This document shows, piece by piece, positions 47,166 through 60,000 of a stretch of DNA of 64,000 nt. The notes beneath the pieces are model-generated. The model was not told the DNA's origin. It ran no database searches and worked only from the letters and a program-made list of their open reading frames with translations. A program made the position numbers and the translations under genes. This DNA is from Squalus acanthias (Eukaryota), in NCBI GenBank assembly GCA_030390025.1, contig CM059432.1, positions 75,146,001 through 75,210,000 on the forward strand. Direction: 5' to 3'. Position 1 is the stretch's first letter; every line of letters starts with the position of its first letter.

Positions 47166-49766
47166 CCTTCAACTCATTTTAATCATTTTCAGCTCCCTTT
47201 TATTTCCCATTCCATGCCCTCCCCAATGTGGATTCAGTGAGTTTCTGGATCAGGTTGACCCTACTCTTTCGTTTCTTCCCAAGGTTCGGGCGATGCTCTC
47301 TCTGTGACGGTGTGCGATCGAGCGTGATTCCTAAATAGGAGGGTTTTTTGGCATGGTTTACTTCTGCACCGCAAAACGACTTTCAGAGCTCGGTTTGCTT
47401 GATAGGTATTGAGGTGGAATGTCAAAGTGACGATCTTTTGCGGGTTTGGCCAAAGTCAGCATCGGCAGACGTAGGCCTCTATCCTCTGTAAATCACTGGT
47501 CAGGGTCTCCTTGTTGGTAGACAGATTCCTGTTTTGCACGGCCAAGGTAACGTCATCAGCATATACAAACTTGTAGGACTCCGTTTCGGGCAGATCACTG
47601 GTGTAAATGTTGAACAACATGGGCGCCAGGACAGAACCCTGTGTCCTATATCTGCTCTTATGGGTGCCAGTGTACACGTGGGAGTGTCGGTCGACCTAAG
47701 CGGCGGCAGCACAGAGGATGCAGCAGATAAAAGCAGCAGGAGACCAAGCCAGTGCGGACCCAAGCAGCGGCAGCACCTCAGACGATTTCAACAACAAAAA
47801 TCAAGGAGTGACGTCACAAGACAGCAGGTAGTTGATTGGTGGGTGAGTATTAACATTTTTTCTCTCTAACCTAAGATAGTGGTTTAAACTAGGAGCGGGA
47901 AACTATAACGTACTTTATTAAATTTATAACTTAACTAGTTAAACTAATTAATATAACTATAATAGTCATTAAATAAAGACTTCAACTAATTAAATAAATA
48001 AAATAAGGTCAGACCAAGACCTGGCAGAGCAAGTTGTGTGTCTGGACTGCTGTATGTGGGAGTTTGTGGACAGCGAGACTGTTCTGAGCAAACACGTCTG
48101 CAGGAGATGTCCCCGTCTCGAATCTCTCCGGCTCAGAATCACTGAGCTGGAGTGCGAGTTGGAGACACTCCGACACATAAAAGGGAGGGGGGAGTAGTAT
48201 CTGGACAGTTTGCTCCAGACTTCAGTCACACCTCGTAGAGGGGTGCAGGATCAAAATGGGGTTGGTGCGACTGATAGTGTGCAGAGTAAGGGGAACCCAG
48301 GTAAGAAAGGGAACGAGGATCCACAGAAACTGATCCTATCCAACAGGTACAATGTACTTGCTACCAGTGAGGATAAGGATAAAGACGGTCGGGGGGGGAG
48401 AAAGAGGGGAGAGAAAGAGAATGTGGTAGTTGTAGGGGATTCTATAATCAAGATCGAGAGTCCCACATGGTATGTTGCCTACCTGGTGCCAGGGTAAGGG
48501 ACATCTCTAACCGGCTTGAAAGGATATTGGAACCAGGGGGGGGGGGGGGGGGGGGGGTGCAAGGATCCAGTTGTCATGGTCCACTTTGGGACCAACAACA
48601 TAGGGAAGAGTAGGCAAGAGGTCCTGTTTGGAGAGTACCAGGAACTAGGAGCTAAATTAAACAGGACCTTAAGGGTTAAAATCTCTGGATTATTACCTGA
48701 GCCACATGCAAATTGGTAGAGAGATAAGCTGATTAGGAAAGTAAACATGTGGCGAAAGGAGTGCCGTGGGAAAGAGGGGTTCCATTTCATGGGGCACAGA
48801 CACCAGTATTGGGACAGGGAGGAACCGTACCATTGGGACCAGGCTCCACCTGAATCAGTCTGGGACCAGGGTGTTAGCGGAAAGGATAAATAGGGTGATC
48901 ACAAAGACTTTAAACTAATAAATGGGATGGGAGGAAGAGAGAAAGGGCTCAGGGGGAAATTGCAGTACAAATAGTAGTTCAAAAACAAATGAAAGGGAAG
49001 AGAGTAGTGTAGTAGTCAGAAATTGTGCTTTAGCACTACAGCTAAGGGGAAACCTAAAAGATGTAAAGCGATTAAACCAGGAGAGAGAAATAAGAAACAC
49101 GTGAGTAAAACATTAGAGCTGAAGGACAGGCTAGGGTGTGTGGCCCAAATAAGCGTACTTTATGCAAACGCACAGAGTATAAGGAATAAATTGAATGAAC
49201 TGCAGGCACGAATTCAAATTGGAGGGTATGACATGGTAGCCATTACTGAGACATGGCTGTAAGACAGTCAGGACTGGGAACTAAATATACCAGGTTATAA
49301 GGTTGATAGGACAGATAGGGAAAATGGCAGAGGGGGAGGAGTAGCCTTAGTGATTAACGATGAAATCACTTCAACGATAAGAGAGGATTTAAAGAGGGAA
49401 GCAGCCAGTGGAGACCTTATGGGTTGAATTAATAGGAAAGGATCGAAGACTGTAATGGGACTAGCACCCGTCAGAAAGGTAGTGAATTTCTTGAGTGTCC
49501 GGGATAGTTTTCTACAACTAGAGGCAACAAGGGGGCAAGCCATATTAGATTTAGTAATGAGTCAGATTTAGTTAACAGCCTAACTGTGGGTGAACATTTA
49601 TCCAATAGCGGTCATAACATGATAGAGTTCAACATAGCGTTTTAAAGGGAGAAATGCGAAACAGCTACTAAGATTCTAGATTTGGGTACGGCCAACTTCA
49701 AAGGGATGAGATAGAGACTGTCCACAGCAAACTGGGCAAATCTGTTCAATGGGTAAAATGACAGAA

Positions 49767-50617
49767 CATAAGAACATAAGAACATAAGAAATAGGAGCAG
49801 GAGTAGGCCAATCGGCCCCTCGAGCCTGCTCCGCCATTCAATAAGATCATGGCTGATCTGATCCTAACCGCCAATCTACTATCTATCACAGAACCATCTC
49901 CTGCATCTAACAGAATTGCACACACGAAATAGGAGCAGAATCAGGCTACACAGTCCCTGGGCCCGCTCCACTACCCACAGGGCCATGACCGATCCGAACC
50001 TAGACTCATGTCCAAATTCCTGCCCGCTCCCCGTAACCCTTAATGCCCTTTACTTCTAGGAAACTGTCTATTTCTGTTTTAAATTTAATTAATGTTGTAG
50101 CTTCTACAGCTTTTTGTGGCAGCATATTCCATGGACCTACCACCCTCTGAGTGAAGTAGTTCCTCCTCATCTCAGTTTTGAAAGAGCAGCCCCTTATTCT
50201 AAGACTATGTCCCCTAGTTCTCGTCTCACCCGTCATCGGGAACATCCTCCCCGCATCCACCCGATCCAACCCCTTCACAATCTTATATGTTTCAATAAGA
50301 TCGCCTCTCATTCTTCTGAACTCCAATGAGTAGAGTCCCAATCTACCCAACCTCTCCTCATATGACCACCCCCTCATCCCCGGGATTAACCGAGTGAACC
50401 TTTTTTGCACTGCCTCGAGAGCAAGGATGTCTTTCCTTAAGTAAGGACACCAAAACTGTATGCAGTATTCCAGGTGCGGTCTCACCAATACCTTGTACAA
50501 CTGAAGCAATACCTCCCTATTTTTATATTCTATCCCCCTAGCAATGAAAGCCAACATTCCATTTGCCTTCTTAATCACTTGCTGCACCTGCATACTAACC
50601 TTTTGAGTTTCGTGCAC
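49767..50617 (-). mobile_element. Young 5'-truncated CR1 nested in the full-length CR1
   Basis: Uninterrupted 203-aa ORF2 C-terminus; (CTTATGTT)n tail; CAGAA at 49762-49766 and 50618-50622. Confidence 0.93.
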
Positions 50618-52212
50618 CAGAAGATCAGTGGGAGATGTTTAAAAAAGAATTTATGATACAGAACCAGTTTATACCCCTGAGGGGGCAAGAGCTCTACTTG
50701 CCAAAAAAGCCATGGACAACTAAAGAGGTAAGGGACAGCATAAAACTAAAGGAAAGGGCATACAAAAAATAGCACAGATCCTGGCAAATGGAAAAGATAC
50801 AAAGAACAGCAAAGGGTCACAAAAAGGGAGCATGAAAAGAAACTTGCAAGGGCTATCAAAACCTATACAAAGAATTTTTACAGTTACATTAGGAAAAGGT
50901 GGGGGTCAGGTGCAATGTTGGCCCCTTAAAAACTGAAAGTGGTGATATTGTCAATGACAATGGGGAAATGGTGGACATGTTGAATAATTACTTTGCATCA
51001 GTATTTACAGTAGAAGAGGGTAGCATGCCAGAAATCCCAAAGAAACTAATATTGAAATCAGGGACAGGGACTCAATAAAGTTAATAGTAATGAAGAAAAT
51101 AATGGCACTAAAGAGTGACAAATCCCCAGGGCCAGATGGTTTCCATCCCAGGGATTTTAAAGGAAGTAGGTGAGCACAATGCAGATGCACTAACTATAAT
51201 CTTCAGATTCAGGAACCGTCGCTTTAGATTGGAAAATTGCACGTCACTCCGCTTTTTAAGATGGCGAGGGAAACCAGGGAATTATAGATCAGTTAGCCCA
51301 ATATCTGTTGTCGAGAAATTACTAGAGGCTATAATTAAGGATAGGGTGACTGAACACCTCGAAAATTTTCAGCTGATGAGAGAGAGCCAGCATGGATTTG
51401 TGAAAGGTAGGTCATGCTTGACAAACCTGACTGAATTTTTTGAAGAGGTGATTAAAGTAGTGGACAGGGGAATGTCTATGGATGTTATTTATATGGACGT
51501 CCCGAAGGCATTTGATAAAAGTCCCACATAAGAGACTGTTAACTAAAGTAGAAGCCCACAGAATTGAGGGCAAATTATTAACCTGGTTACGAAATTGGCT
51601 GAGCAGCAGGAGACAGAGAGTAGGGATAATGGGTAGGGACTCAAATTGGCAGGATGTGACTAGTGGTGTCCCATAGGGATTTGTGTTGGGGCCTCAACTA
51701 TTCACAATATTTATTAATGACTTAGATGATGACATAGAAAGTTATATATCCAAATTTGCCGATGACACAAAGATAGGTGGCATTGTAGGCAGTGTAGATG
51801 AAAGCATAAAATTACAAAGGGATATTGATAGATTAAGTGAATGGGCAAAACTGTGGCAAATGGATTGCAATGTAAGCAAATGTGAGGTCATCCACTTTGG
51901 ACCTAAAAAGGATAGAACAGGGTACTTTCTAAATGGTGAAAAGCTAAAAACAGTAGAGGCCCAAAGATACTTGGGGGTTCAGGTACAGAGATCATTAAAA
52001 TGTCATGAACAGGTTCAGAAAATAATCAAAAAGGCAAATGGAATGCTGACCTTTATATCTAGAGGACTGCAGTACAAAGGGGTAGAAGTTATGCTGCAGC
52101 TGTACAAAGCCCTGGTTAGACCACACCTGGAGTACTATGAGCAGTTCTGGACACCACACCTTAGGAAGGATATATTGGCCTTGGAGGGAGTGCAGTGTAG
52201 ATTTACCAGAAT

Positions 52213-52440
52213 TATTTTTTTTCGTTCATGGGATGTGGGCGTCACTGGCAAGTCCAGCATTTATTGCCCATCCCTAGTTACCCTTAAGAAGGTGGTGGTG
52301 AGCTGCCTTCTTGAAGCGCTGCAGTTCATGTGGTGAAGGTACTCCCAACAGTGCTGTTAGGGAGGGAGTTTCAGGATCTTGACCCAACGACAATGAAGGA
52401 ACAGCGATATACTTCCAAGTCAGGATGGTGTGAGACTTGG
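52213..52440 (-). mobile_element. 3'-terminal fragment of the 19100-19897 LINE family nested in the CR1
   Basis: Reverse complement matches 19700-19890. It interrupts the host at RFTRI|...ITRLQGL. Confidence 0.8.
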
Positions 52441-54753
52441 ATAACCAGACTTCAAGGGTTAAGTTACAAGGAGAGATTACACAAATTAGGGTTGTATTCG
52501 CTAGAATTTAGACGGTTAAGGGGTGATCTGATTGAAGTTTTCAGGATATTAAGGGGAACAGATAAGGTAGAGAGAGAAACTATTTCCACTTGTTGGGGAT
52601 TCTAGGACTAGGAGGCATAGTCTAAAAATTAGAGCCAGACCTTCCAGGAGTGAAATTAGGAAACACTTCTACACACAAAGGGTGGTAGAAGTTTGGAACT
52701 CTCTTGCGCAAATGGCAATTGATGCTAGATCAATTGTTAATTTTAAATTGGAGATTGATATCTTTTTGTTAACCAAAGGTATTAAGGGATATGGACCAAA
52801 GGCTGGTATATGGAATGAGGTCACAGATCTGCCATGATCTCATTGAATGGCGGAACAGGCTCAAGGGGCTGAATGGCCTACTCCTGTTCCTATACATGGA
52901 GTTGAGAAGATGGATCGCTGTTCTGCAAGTAAAAATGGTGAAGAGCATGAAAAGCAGTCCATGCTTCCGTACTGTGTCATACGCCACTGACAAGTCCACG
53001 AGTGCCACAGCTGTCTTGAGCGGGCGCTGGAAGCTCAAACCCTCTGTACAGCAGCACTCGCCCTGGTGTACTCTACAGCGGAGTACCGCTCTCCGGCATG
53101 GCCATCAAGTCCGCATGTCAAATCCGTTGATGTCCAGCTGAACGCCGAGAATTATCACCAATATGCTTTTATCGACACCAACACCTTGGCTGCCCGTGCT
53201 TGCAAACATCGTACCACCATACCTACGGCGCGAATATGCAGCCTCCAGAGAATACAACCGCGACATCAGCAAAGACAAGCCAATCCAGGCTGACTTGAAC
53301 AGCCTACCACCAACCCATCTCAAATCAAGGCGGCCATTTTGGACCGTCGCCGAAGCCCTTCAGCAACCTCCCCTCAGCCTTGATGACCGATGACGAAATG
53401 CTTGGAAGAACTATGACATACTAAATAGATTCCTTATAGGAGGACCCCACAGTACAACCTGAAGGATCAAACCTTTCTCGCAAACAGTGGACAACCATCA
53501 AACGCCTCAGAACCAGTCACGGTAGATGCTGCCACCTCCTCCATAGATGGAAGATTAAAACATCCCCAACATGCGACAGTGGAGCTCTTAAATCAGACCC
53601 TGAGCACATCATTGAGCACTACCCTCGGAGAAAATTCGCAGGCAGCCTACAAGATATCCACGCTGTTACACCAGAAGCTTTGGCCGGATATCTAACCTAG
53701 GTATTGACATTCAATTTATTCTTTTACTACTACCATACGAAAGACGACTACTCTCTGCCCTGAATCATTCCTCAATTTACAGCACAGATAGAAATCTTCT
53801 GCCAATATCACAACCCTTTGAAGAGAACAGGGAACATGCAAGCAAACTCTAGGCCAATTTCCCCCCCCTCCTTCCCTTGCTGTGGATATGGACAAGTGAT
53901 TAAATTTAAGAAAGGTGATAATCTGATTGGAGAGCAATTTTCCAGATATTTTTCTCCCTAATTTGGTCATGGGTGTTTTTTTCTCCCAGGAGATCACATG
54001 GCTACTGGCAGGAGACGGATGTCGTCAATCATGATGCTTACTGCATCATGGATGTATGGGGCAGACTCAATGGGCCAGCTGGTCTTTGCCTGTCCATCTT
54101 TAGTCTGGTCATATGCTCAACGAGCATGGCCCCTGAAAATCCAAGTCATTTGTTTTTCCAGTCAATTATGAAGTATAAAAGTGCTTAAAATTAATCAGAA
54201 TGCATCATTTTAATGTAATAATTCTAAATTTCCTGGGGAGCACGTTTTCAGACCCAGAGTCCTCCAAGAAATGCCGCTACAATTTTGTGCTCTGAACATC
54301 TGCATTTTCACTTTAGGTTTTTGGGTACTGGTGTTTTTTTCCTCCAATACTAGTCAAGGAGTGCTGGATGTGCCCATAATTTAAAGTTACAAAGTCCATG
54401 TAACTACTTGTTTTCATCGGTTATAATCAGGGCCTTAAATGGTCGACAGATTTTTACAGCAAGATTTTGAAGCTGTTGGACAGCTTTTTCTAACTTATTT
54501 GGTGGGCATGTATATAATATTCAAAGATTTTTAAAACTGCAATCAAATGCGGATTCCAATTATATCAAATAAGAGGAAGCTTATAAAACCTGAATCAGCC
54601 CTCAATTAGAACATTTCTTTTTTGACAGCAGCAATATTTGGATTCTTCTATCCAAAAGAACAGGTAGCAAAGAAAATTGTATACAAAGTAACATTTATTC
54701 GTCCCAAACAAATAAACAGTTCATTTCCCCACATGCAATTCAGTCTTTTAGAA

Positions 54754-55420
54754 CAGTGGTTCCCAAACTGTTTTGGTTGAAGTGTCCCTTTTCAAATGGA
54801 TTAGTAATCACGGATAACCCCCCAACATCTAAATTATAATACTCATAATATGGAAGTGCTGCATGGAAAGTGTTTTAATAATGCTTTTAAGAAAACAGGT
54901 ATTTACTTAGAGATATCAATGAGGTGGATGTGCCTGCTTTTCACACCAATTCTGGGTATTTCTCAGCAACAGATAGCCACTTCGTGCTGGACAATTTTTA
55001 AAGCCGTCAGCCAAGGTGAGTGAGGGCACAAGCACCCGTGCACATGCTGGGCTGCTGCTGGAAACATAACTCACCGCCATACTGTCCCACTGGCATGTTC
55101 TGTAACAGCGGCACTGTGGGATTGTATGTGTTTGCGTGAACACGTCAGGCACATGTTTGAAGAGCCCTGCAGGCGCTCTGATGTGTGTCAGAAGGATGGT
55201 ACAGGGTCGCAGCGCCAGGGAGAAGAATCAGCTCGACCGGCAGGGAGCGCTCATTGCAAAGTGAGTGAGAGCTGTGGGTCTCTGCGAGGAGGCGGGCCCA
55301 TCCGTTGATAATTCGCAAGAATTGAATCAGTGTCAGTTTTATGAAGAGGAGCAGGCTTCAAATTACCTCTGGTCGCAGACCCCCTGGAAAGTCTCTACAG
55401 ACCTAGTATAAGAAACACTG
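54754..55420. mobile_element. hAT-Charlie-type non-autonomous DNA transposon
   Basis: Termini CAGTGGTTCCCAAAC ... AGAAACACTG; 8-bp TSD TTTTAGAA (54746-54753) / TTCTAGAA (55421-55428), fitting the Charlie NTCTAGAN target preference. Confidence 0.8.
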
Positions 55421-55499
55421 TTCTAGAAGATCCAGTTCACATAAAACTTAACACGCACTGAATTTTATGAAGAATTAGCTCTTCTCAGTTTTGATATGA

Positions 55500-57088
55500 A
55501 AACCAGCCTTCAACCACAATCTAACCTATTCTTAAATGTTTGTTTACATGGCCTGTTTTAATCACAAATCTAGCAGTGCATTGCACAGCCTCAACCGCTG
55601 TATAAAAATGTTTCACCTACCCTGCCCTAAATCTTTTATATATTATGTCCCCTCAACCATTGGAAACAATCTGTTTCTATCTACTCTGTCCCATCCCTTC
55701 ATAACACCTCTTAAGAAATCAATTCTCTGATCTAACAAAAATAGCCCCAACTTTCCAAGTCTTCTTTCATATTTTTATTTCTTCATACTAGGCAGCATCC
55801 GAGTGAATCTACGCTGTACCCTCTCTATTGCCTCAACATCCTTCGGACAGTGTGAAGCCCAAAACTGTACTCCAAAATGTAGTCTTATTAAGGTTTCATA
55901 TAGATTCACCATTACATCCATACCTCAGAGACTCAATAACACTCCACAGTAGATGGACAGGTGGTGTGTGTCTCAGCGTCAGCTCCCTAACAAGTACAGC
56001 ACACACAGCAGGTAAAAGGGAACGATTCACTCCCGTCTAGTACTGTACGGCTTGTGTCAGCTCCTGTACATATACAGTATACTTCTATATTCCTTGCCAT
56101 AAAATCCAGTATTCCATTACGGCCTTATCCACTTGATGGCCTGCTTTTAATGCTTTGTAAACCTGCATCCCAAAAATCACACTGATCTTCAACAGCACCC
56201 AGCTTTCCCCAAAGTATAATCATTACTTGTTTTTAACAATTAAAAAAAAATCAACTTGTACCACCTTACTTTTACTGACTTTACTCACTTTTTGTCCATT
56301 CCACCATATTATCAATATCACCTTGAACTAATTTATTTATTATGGTTTCTATTTTATCATCTGGAAATTCGGACACAACTCTATAGCCCTATATCCAAAT
56401 CATCAATATACACATTGAACAGAAGCAGCCCTGAACAGAACCCCAAGGAACACCACTATCCACTTCCAACCACTGAGAAACTGCCTTTAACTCCTGTTGT
56501 ACCCTCCCTGTTAACCAGCTTTTAAATTCAATTTGCCAACTTCCCAATTCCATAACACCCATCTTCTCCCAATAGTCTTGTGCAGTAACCTTGTTGGAAG
56601 TCCTTGCACACCACATCCACTAATTTCCCCGCCATCCACCATAAGTCACCTCCTCAAAAGAACTCAATCAGGTTTGTCAACCACAATCTTCCTTCCTGAA
56701 ATTAGTGTAGACTTGCTTGAATTATTTTCTCTTCATCTAAATATTTAGTAATTTCACATTTAAAGATTCCAAAATATTCCCCATCATGTCAATCTATGGC
56801 CTGACCTGGGTCAGTTTGGTTTCCCTTTCTGAAAACAGATTATTGCCTTGCCCATTCTCCAGTCCTGACACACGTCCACTCAACAAAACCCTCAAAATAT
56901 AATTTCTAGGGTCTCTGCCATTTCTTCCTCCGTTTTCCCTTAGACCTTGGATGTATCCCATCATGTTATGCCACTTTGTCCTTGTTTAGCTTCAATTTTA
57001 TTTTATTTAAAAAATAACTTCGTTTGCTTTTACCAATTCTGAATTTACCTCCTCCCCAATGTTTTGTAAACACTGAAGCACATTATTT
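55500..57088 (-). mobile_element. Old decayed CR1 fragments
   Basis: DSGVPWGSVQG remnant; aggtacagcgtagattcactcggatgctgcc; linker remnants near 56900-57080. Confidence 0.6.
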
Positions 57089-57089
57089 A

Positions 57090-60000
57090 GTCATAGTCTT
57101 AGAGTTATACAGCACAGAAAGAGGCCCTTCGGCCCATCGTGTCCGCGCCGGCCATCAAGCCCTATCTATTCTAATCCCATTTTCCAGCACTTGGTCCGTA
57201 GCCTTGTATGCTATAGCGTTTCAAGTGCTCATCTAAATGCTTCTTGAATGTTGTGAGGGTTCCTGCCTCTACCACCCTTTCAGGCAGTGAGTTCCAGATT
57301 CCAACCACCCTCTGGGTGAAAAAGTTTTTCCTCAAATCCCCTCGAAACCTCCTGCCCCTTACCTTGAAACTATGCCCCCTGGTTATTGACCCCTCTACTA
57401 AGGGGAAAAGTTCCTTTCTATCTTATCCTATGAGGGCGCTCCGCTTCTTGCTTGAACAGAGGCCCAACCAGTCCCCATCCACCACCACCCTCCTCCGCCT
57501 GGCTGAACTTGTTCTCACAGTGAACAACTTCTCCTTTGACTCCACTCACTTCTTCCAAATCAAAGGTGTTGCTATGGGAACCCGCATGGGTCCTAGCTAT
57601 GCCTGCCTTTTCGTGGGATATGTGAACAGTCTTTGTTCCAGTCCTACTCAGGTCCCCTCCCTCACCTCTTTCTCCGATACATTGATGACTGTATCGGTGC
57701 CGTTTCCTGCTCTCGCCCTGAACTAGATAATTTCATTCACTTTGCTTCCAGTTTCCACACTTCCCTCACCTTCACATGGTCCATCTCCGACTCTTCCCTT
57801 CCTCGACTTCTCCGTCTCCATCTCTGGGTACAGGTTATTGACAAACATTCACTACAAGCCCACTGACTCCCACAGCTACCTGGACAACACTTCCTCCCAC
57901 CCCTCCTCCTGCAAGGACTCTATTCCATTCTCCCAGTTTCTCCGTCTCCGCCGCATCTGCTCTGACGATGCCACCTTTCATACCAGTACTTCTGACATGT
58001 CTTCCTTTTTCCCTCAACCGAGGATTCCCCTCTACAGTGGTTGACACGGCCCTTGACCGTGTCCATTCTATCCCTCGCACTTCTGCCTTCACCCCTGCCC
58101 CTCCCTCCCGGAACCATGACAGAGTTACCCTTGTCCTCACCTTTCACCCCACCAGCCTCCACATTCAACGGATCATCCTCCGCCATTTCCAGCATGATCC
58201 CACCACCAAAAGCATCTTCCCCAAACGCATCTTCCCCACACCTCCCTTTTCAGCATTCCATAGGGACCGCTCCCTCCGCGACACCCTAGTCCACTCCTCT
58301 ATCACCCCCAACACCCCTTCCCCTTCGCCCGGCACCTTCCGTGCAAGCGCAGGAGATGCAACACATGCCCTTATACCTCCCCCCTTCCCACTGTCCAGGG
58401 CCCCAAACACCCCTTCCAGGTGAAACAGCGATTTACTTGTACTTCTTGCAATTTAGTATAAAGTATTTGCTGCTCACGATGTGGTCTCCTCTACATTGGG
58501 GAGACCAAACGCAGATTGGGTGACCGCTTTGCGGAACACCTCCGTTCAGTCCATAAGGGGGACCCTGAGCTTCCGGTCGCCTGTCACTTTAATTCACCGC
58601 TCCACTCCCACTCTGACCTCACCGTCCTCGGCCTCTTGCATTGTTCCACGGAAGCTCAGCGTAAGCTCGAGGAACAACACCTCATCTTTCGATTAGGCAC
58701 TTTACAGCCTTCTGGACTCAACATAGAGTTCAACAATTTCAGATCATAACCTCGGCCCCAAAATATATATATATCCCCCCACATGGCAGCTGTCTTTCAT
58801 TCTGCCAGCGCAATTTACACTTCATCTAGAGCCATCCTTTGTTTTTTAACCTGTCCCATTACCATCTCCTTTTGCCTTGAATATCTCGCCTCGTCCGCCT
58901 TCTATCCTATCACAGACCTCCCCTTTTGTTCTTCCATCCCCTCCCCCCTTTCTCAGCCTCTACACTTGCTTAAAAATCTGTTCCATTTCCTGCTTTTTTC
59001 CCAGTTCTGACAAAAGGTCATCGACCTGAAACGTTAACTCTGTTTCTCTCTTCACAGATGCTGCCTGACATGCTGAGTTTCTCCAGCATTTTCTGTTTTT
59101 ATTTCCTTTCTATCTACCCTATCTATGCCACTCATAATTTTGTAAACCTCAATCAGGTCCCCCCTCAGCCTTCTCTGCTCTAAGGAAAACAACCCCAGCC
59201 TGTCCAGTCTCTCTTCATAGCTGAAGCGCTTCAGCCCAGGTAACATCCTGGTGAATCTCCTCTGCACCCTCTCCAATGCAATCACATCCCTCCTATAGTG
59301 TGGCGACCAGAACTGCACACAGTATTCCAGCTGTGGCCTAACTAGCATTTTGTACAGCTCCATCATAACCTCCCTGCTCTTATATTCTATGCCTCGGCTA
59401 ATGAAGGCAAGTATCCCATATGCCTTTTTAACCACCTTATCTACTACCTGTCCTGCTGCCTTCAGGGATCTATGTACATGCACACCATGGTCCCTCTGAT
59501 CCTCTGTCCTTCCTAGGATCCTACCATTGTGTAATCCCTTGCCTGGTTAGTCCTCCCAAAATGCATCACCTCACATTTTTCAGGGTTAAATTCCATTTGC
59601 CACTGTTCTACCCACCTAACCATCCCGTCTATATCGTCCTGTAGCCTGAGGCTTCCCTCCTCGCTATTTATCACTCCACCAATTTTCGTGTCATCTGCAA
59701 ACTTACTGATCATCCCTCCTACATTCATATCTAAATCATTAATCTACACTACAAACAGCAAAGGACCCAGCACCGATCCCTGTGATACACCACTGGACAC
59801 AGGCTTCCAGTCATAAAAACAACCTTCGACCATCACCCTCTGCCTCCTGCCACAAAGCCAGTTTTGGATCCAATGTGCCAAATTGCCCTGGATCCCATGG
59901 GCTCTTACCTTCTTGACCAGTCTCCCATGTGGGACTTTGTCAAATGCCTTACTGAAGTCCATGTAGACTACATCAACTGCACTACCCTCATCCACACACC

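Larger units (their letters stand above)
47651..52894 (+). mobile_element. Apparently full-length but decayed CR1 (5' UTR, ORF1 zinc-finger/leucine-zipper plus SGNH esterase, ORF2 endonuclease plus RT)
   Basis: ORF1 remnants CLDCCMWE...CRRC..LESLRLRITELE, VVVGDSII, VHFGTNNIGK, ISGLLP. ORF2 remnants YANAQSIRNK, AITETWL, QHGFVKGRSC, FADDTK. TCCTATA at 47644-47650 and 52888-52894. Confidence 0.9.
47221..53755. mobile_element. Vingi/Ingi-like LINE with an inverted 5' part (minus: 53022->52895 and 47650->47221) and a sense 3' part (plus: about 53023-53755)
   Basis: Minus strand: VDLSVAYDTV, QGSVLAPMLFNIYTSDLP, YADD, FHLN, YLGITLDR, NLIQKL. Plus strand: ALALVYSTAEY, STPTPWLPVLANI, terminal ccatacgaaagacga. 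TGCCCT flanks at 47215-47220 and 53756-53761. Confidence 0.8.

Noticed and set aside
48536..48557. Poly-G run of about 22 nt as a functional G-quadruplex (also about 1337-1350)
   Set aside because: It is a homopolymer expansion within decayed CR1 ORF1, and its length may be a sequencing artefact.
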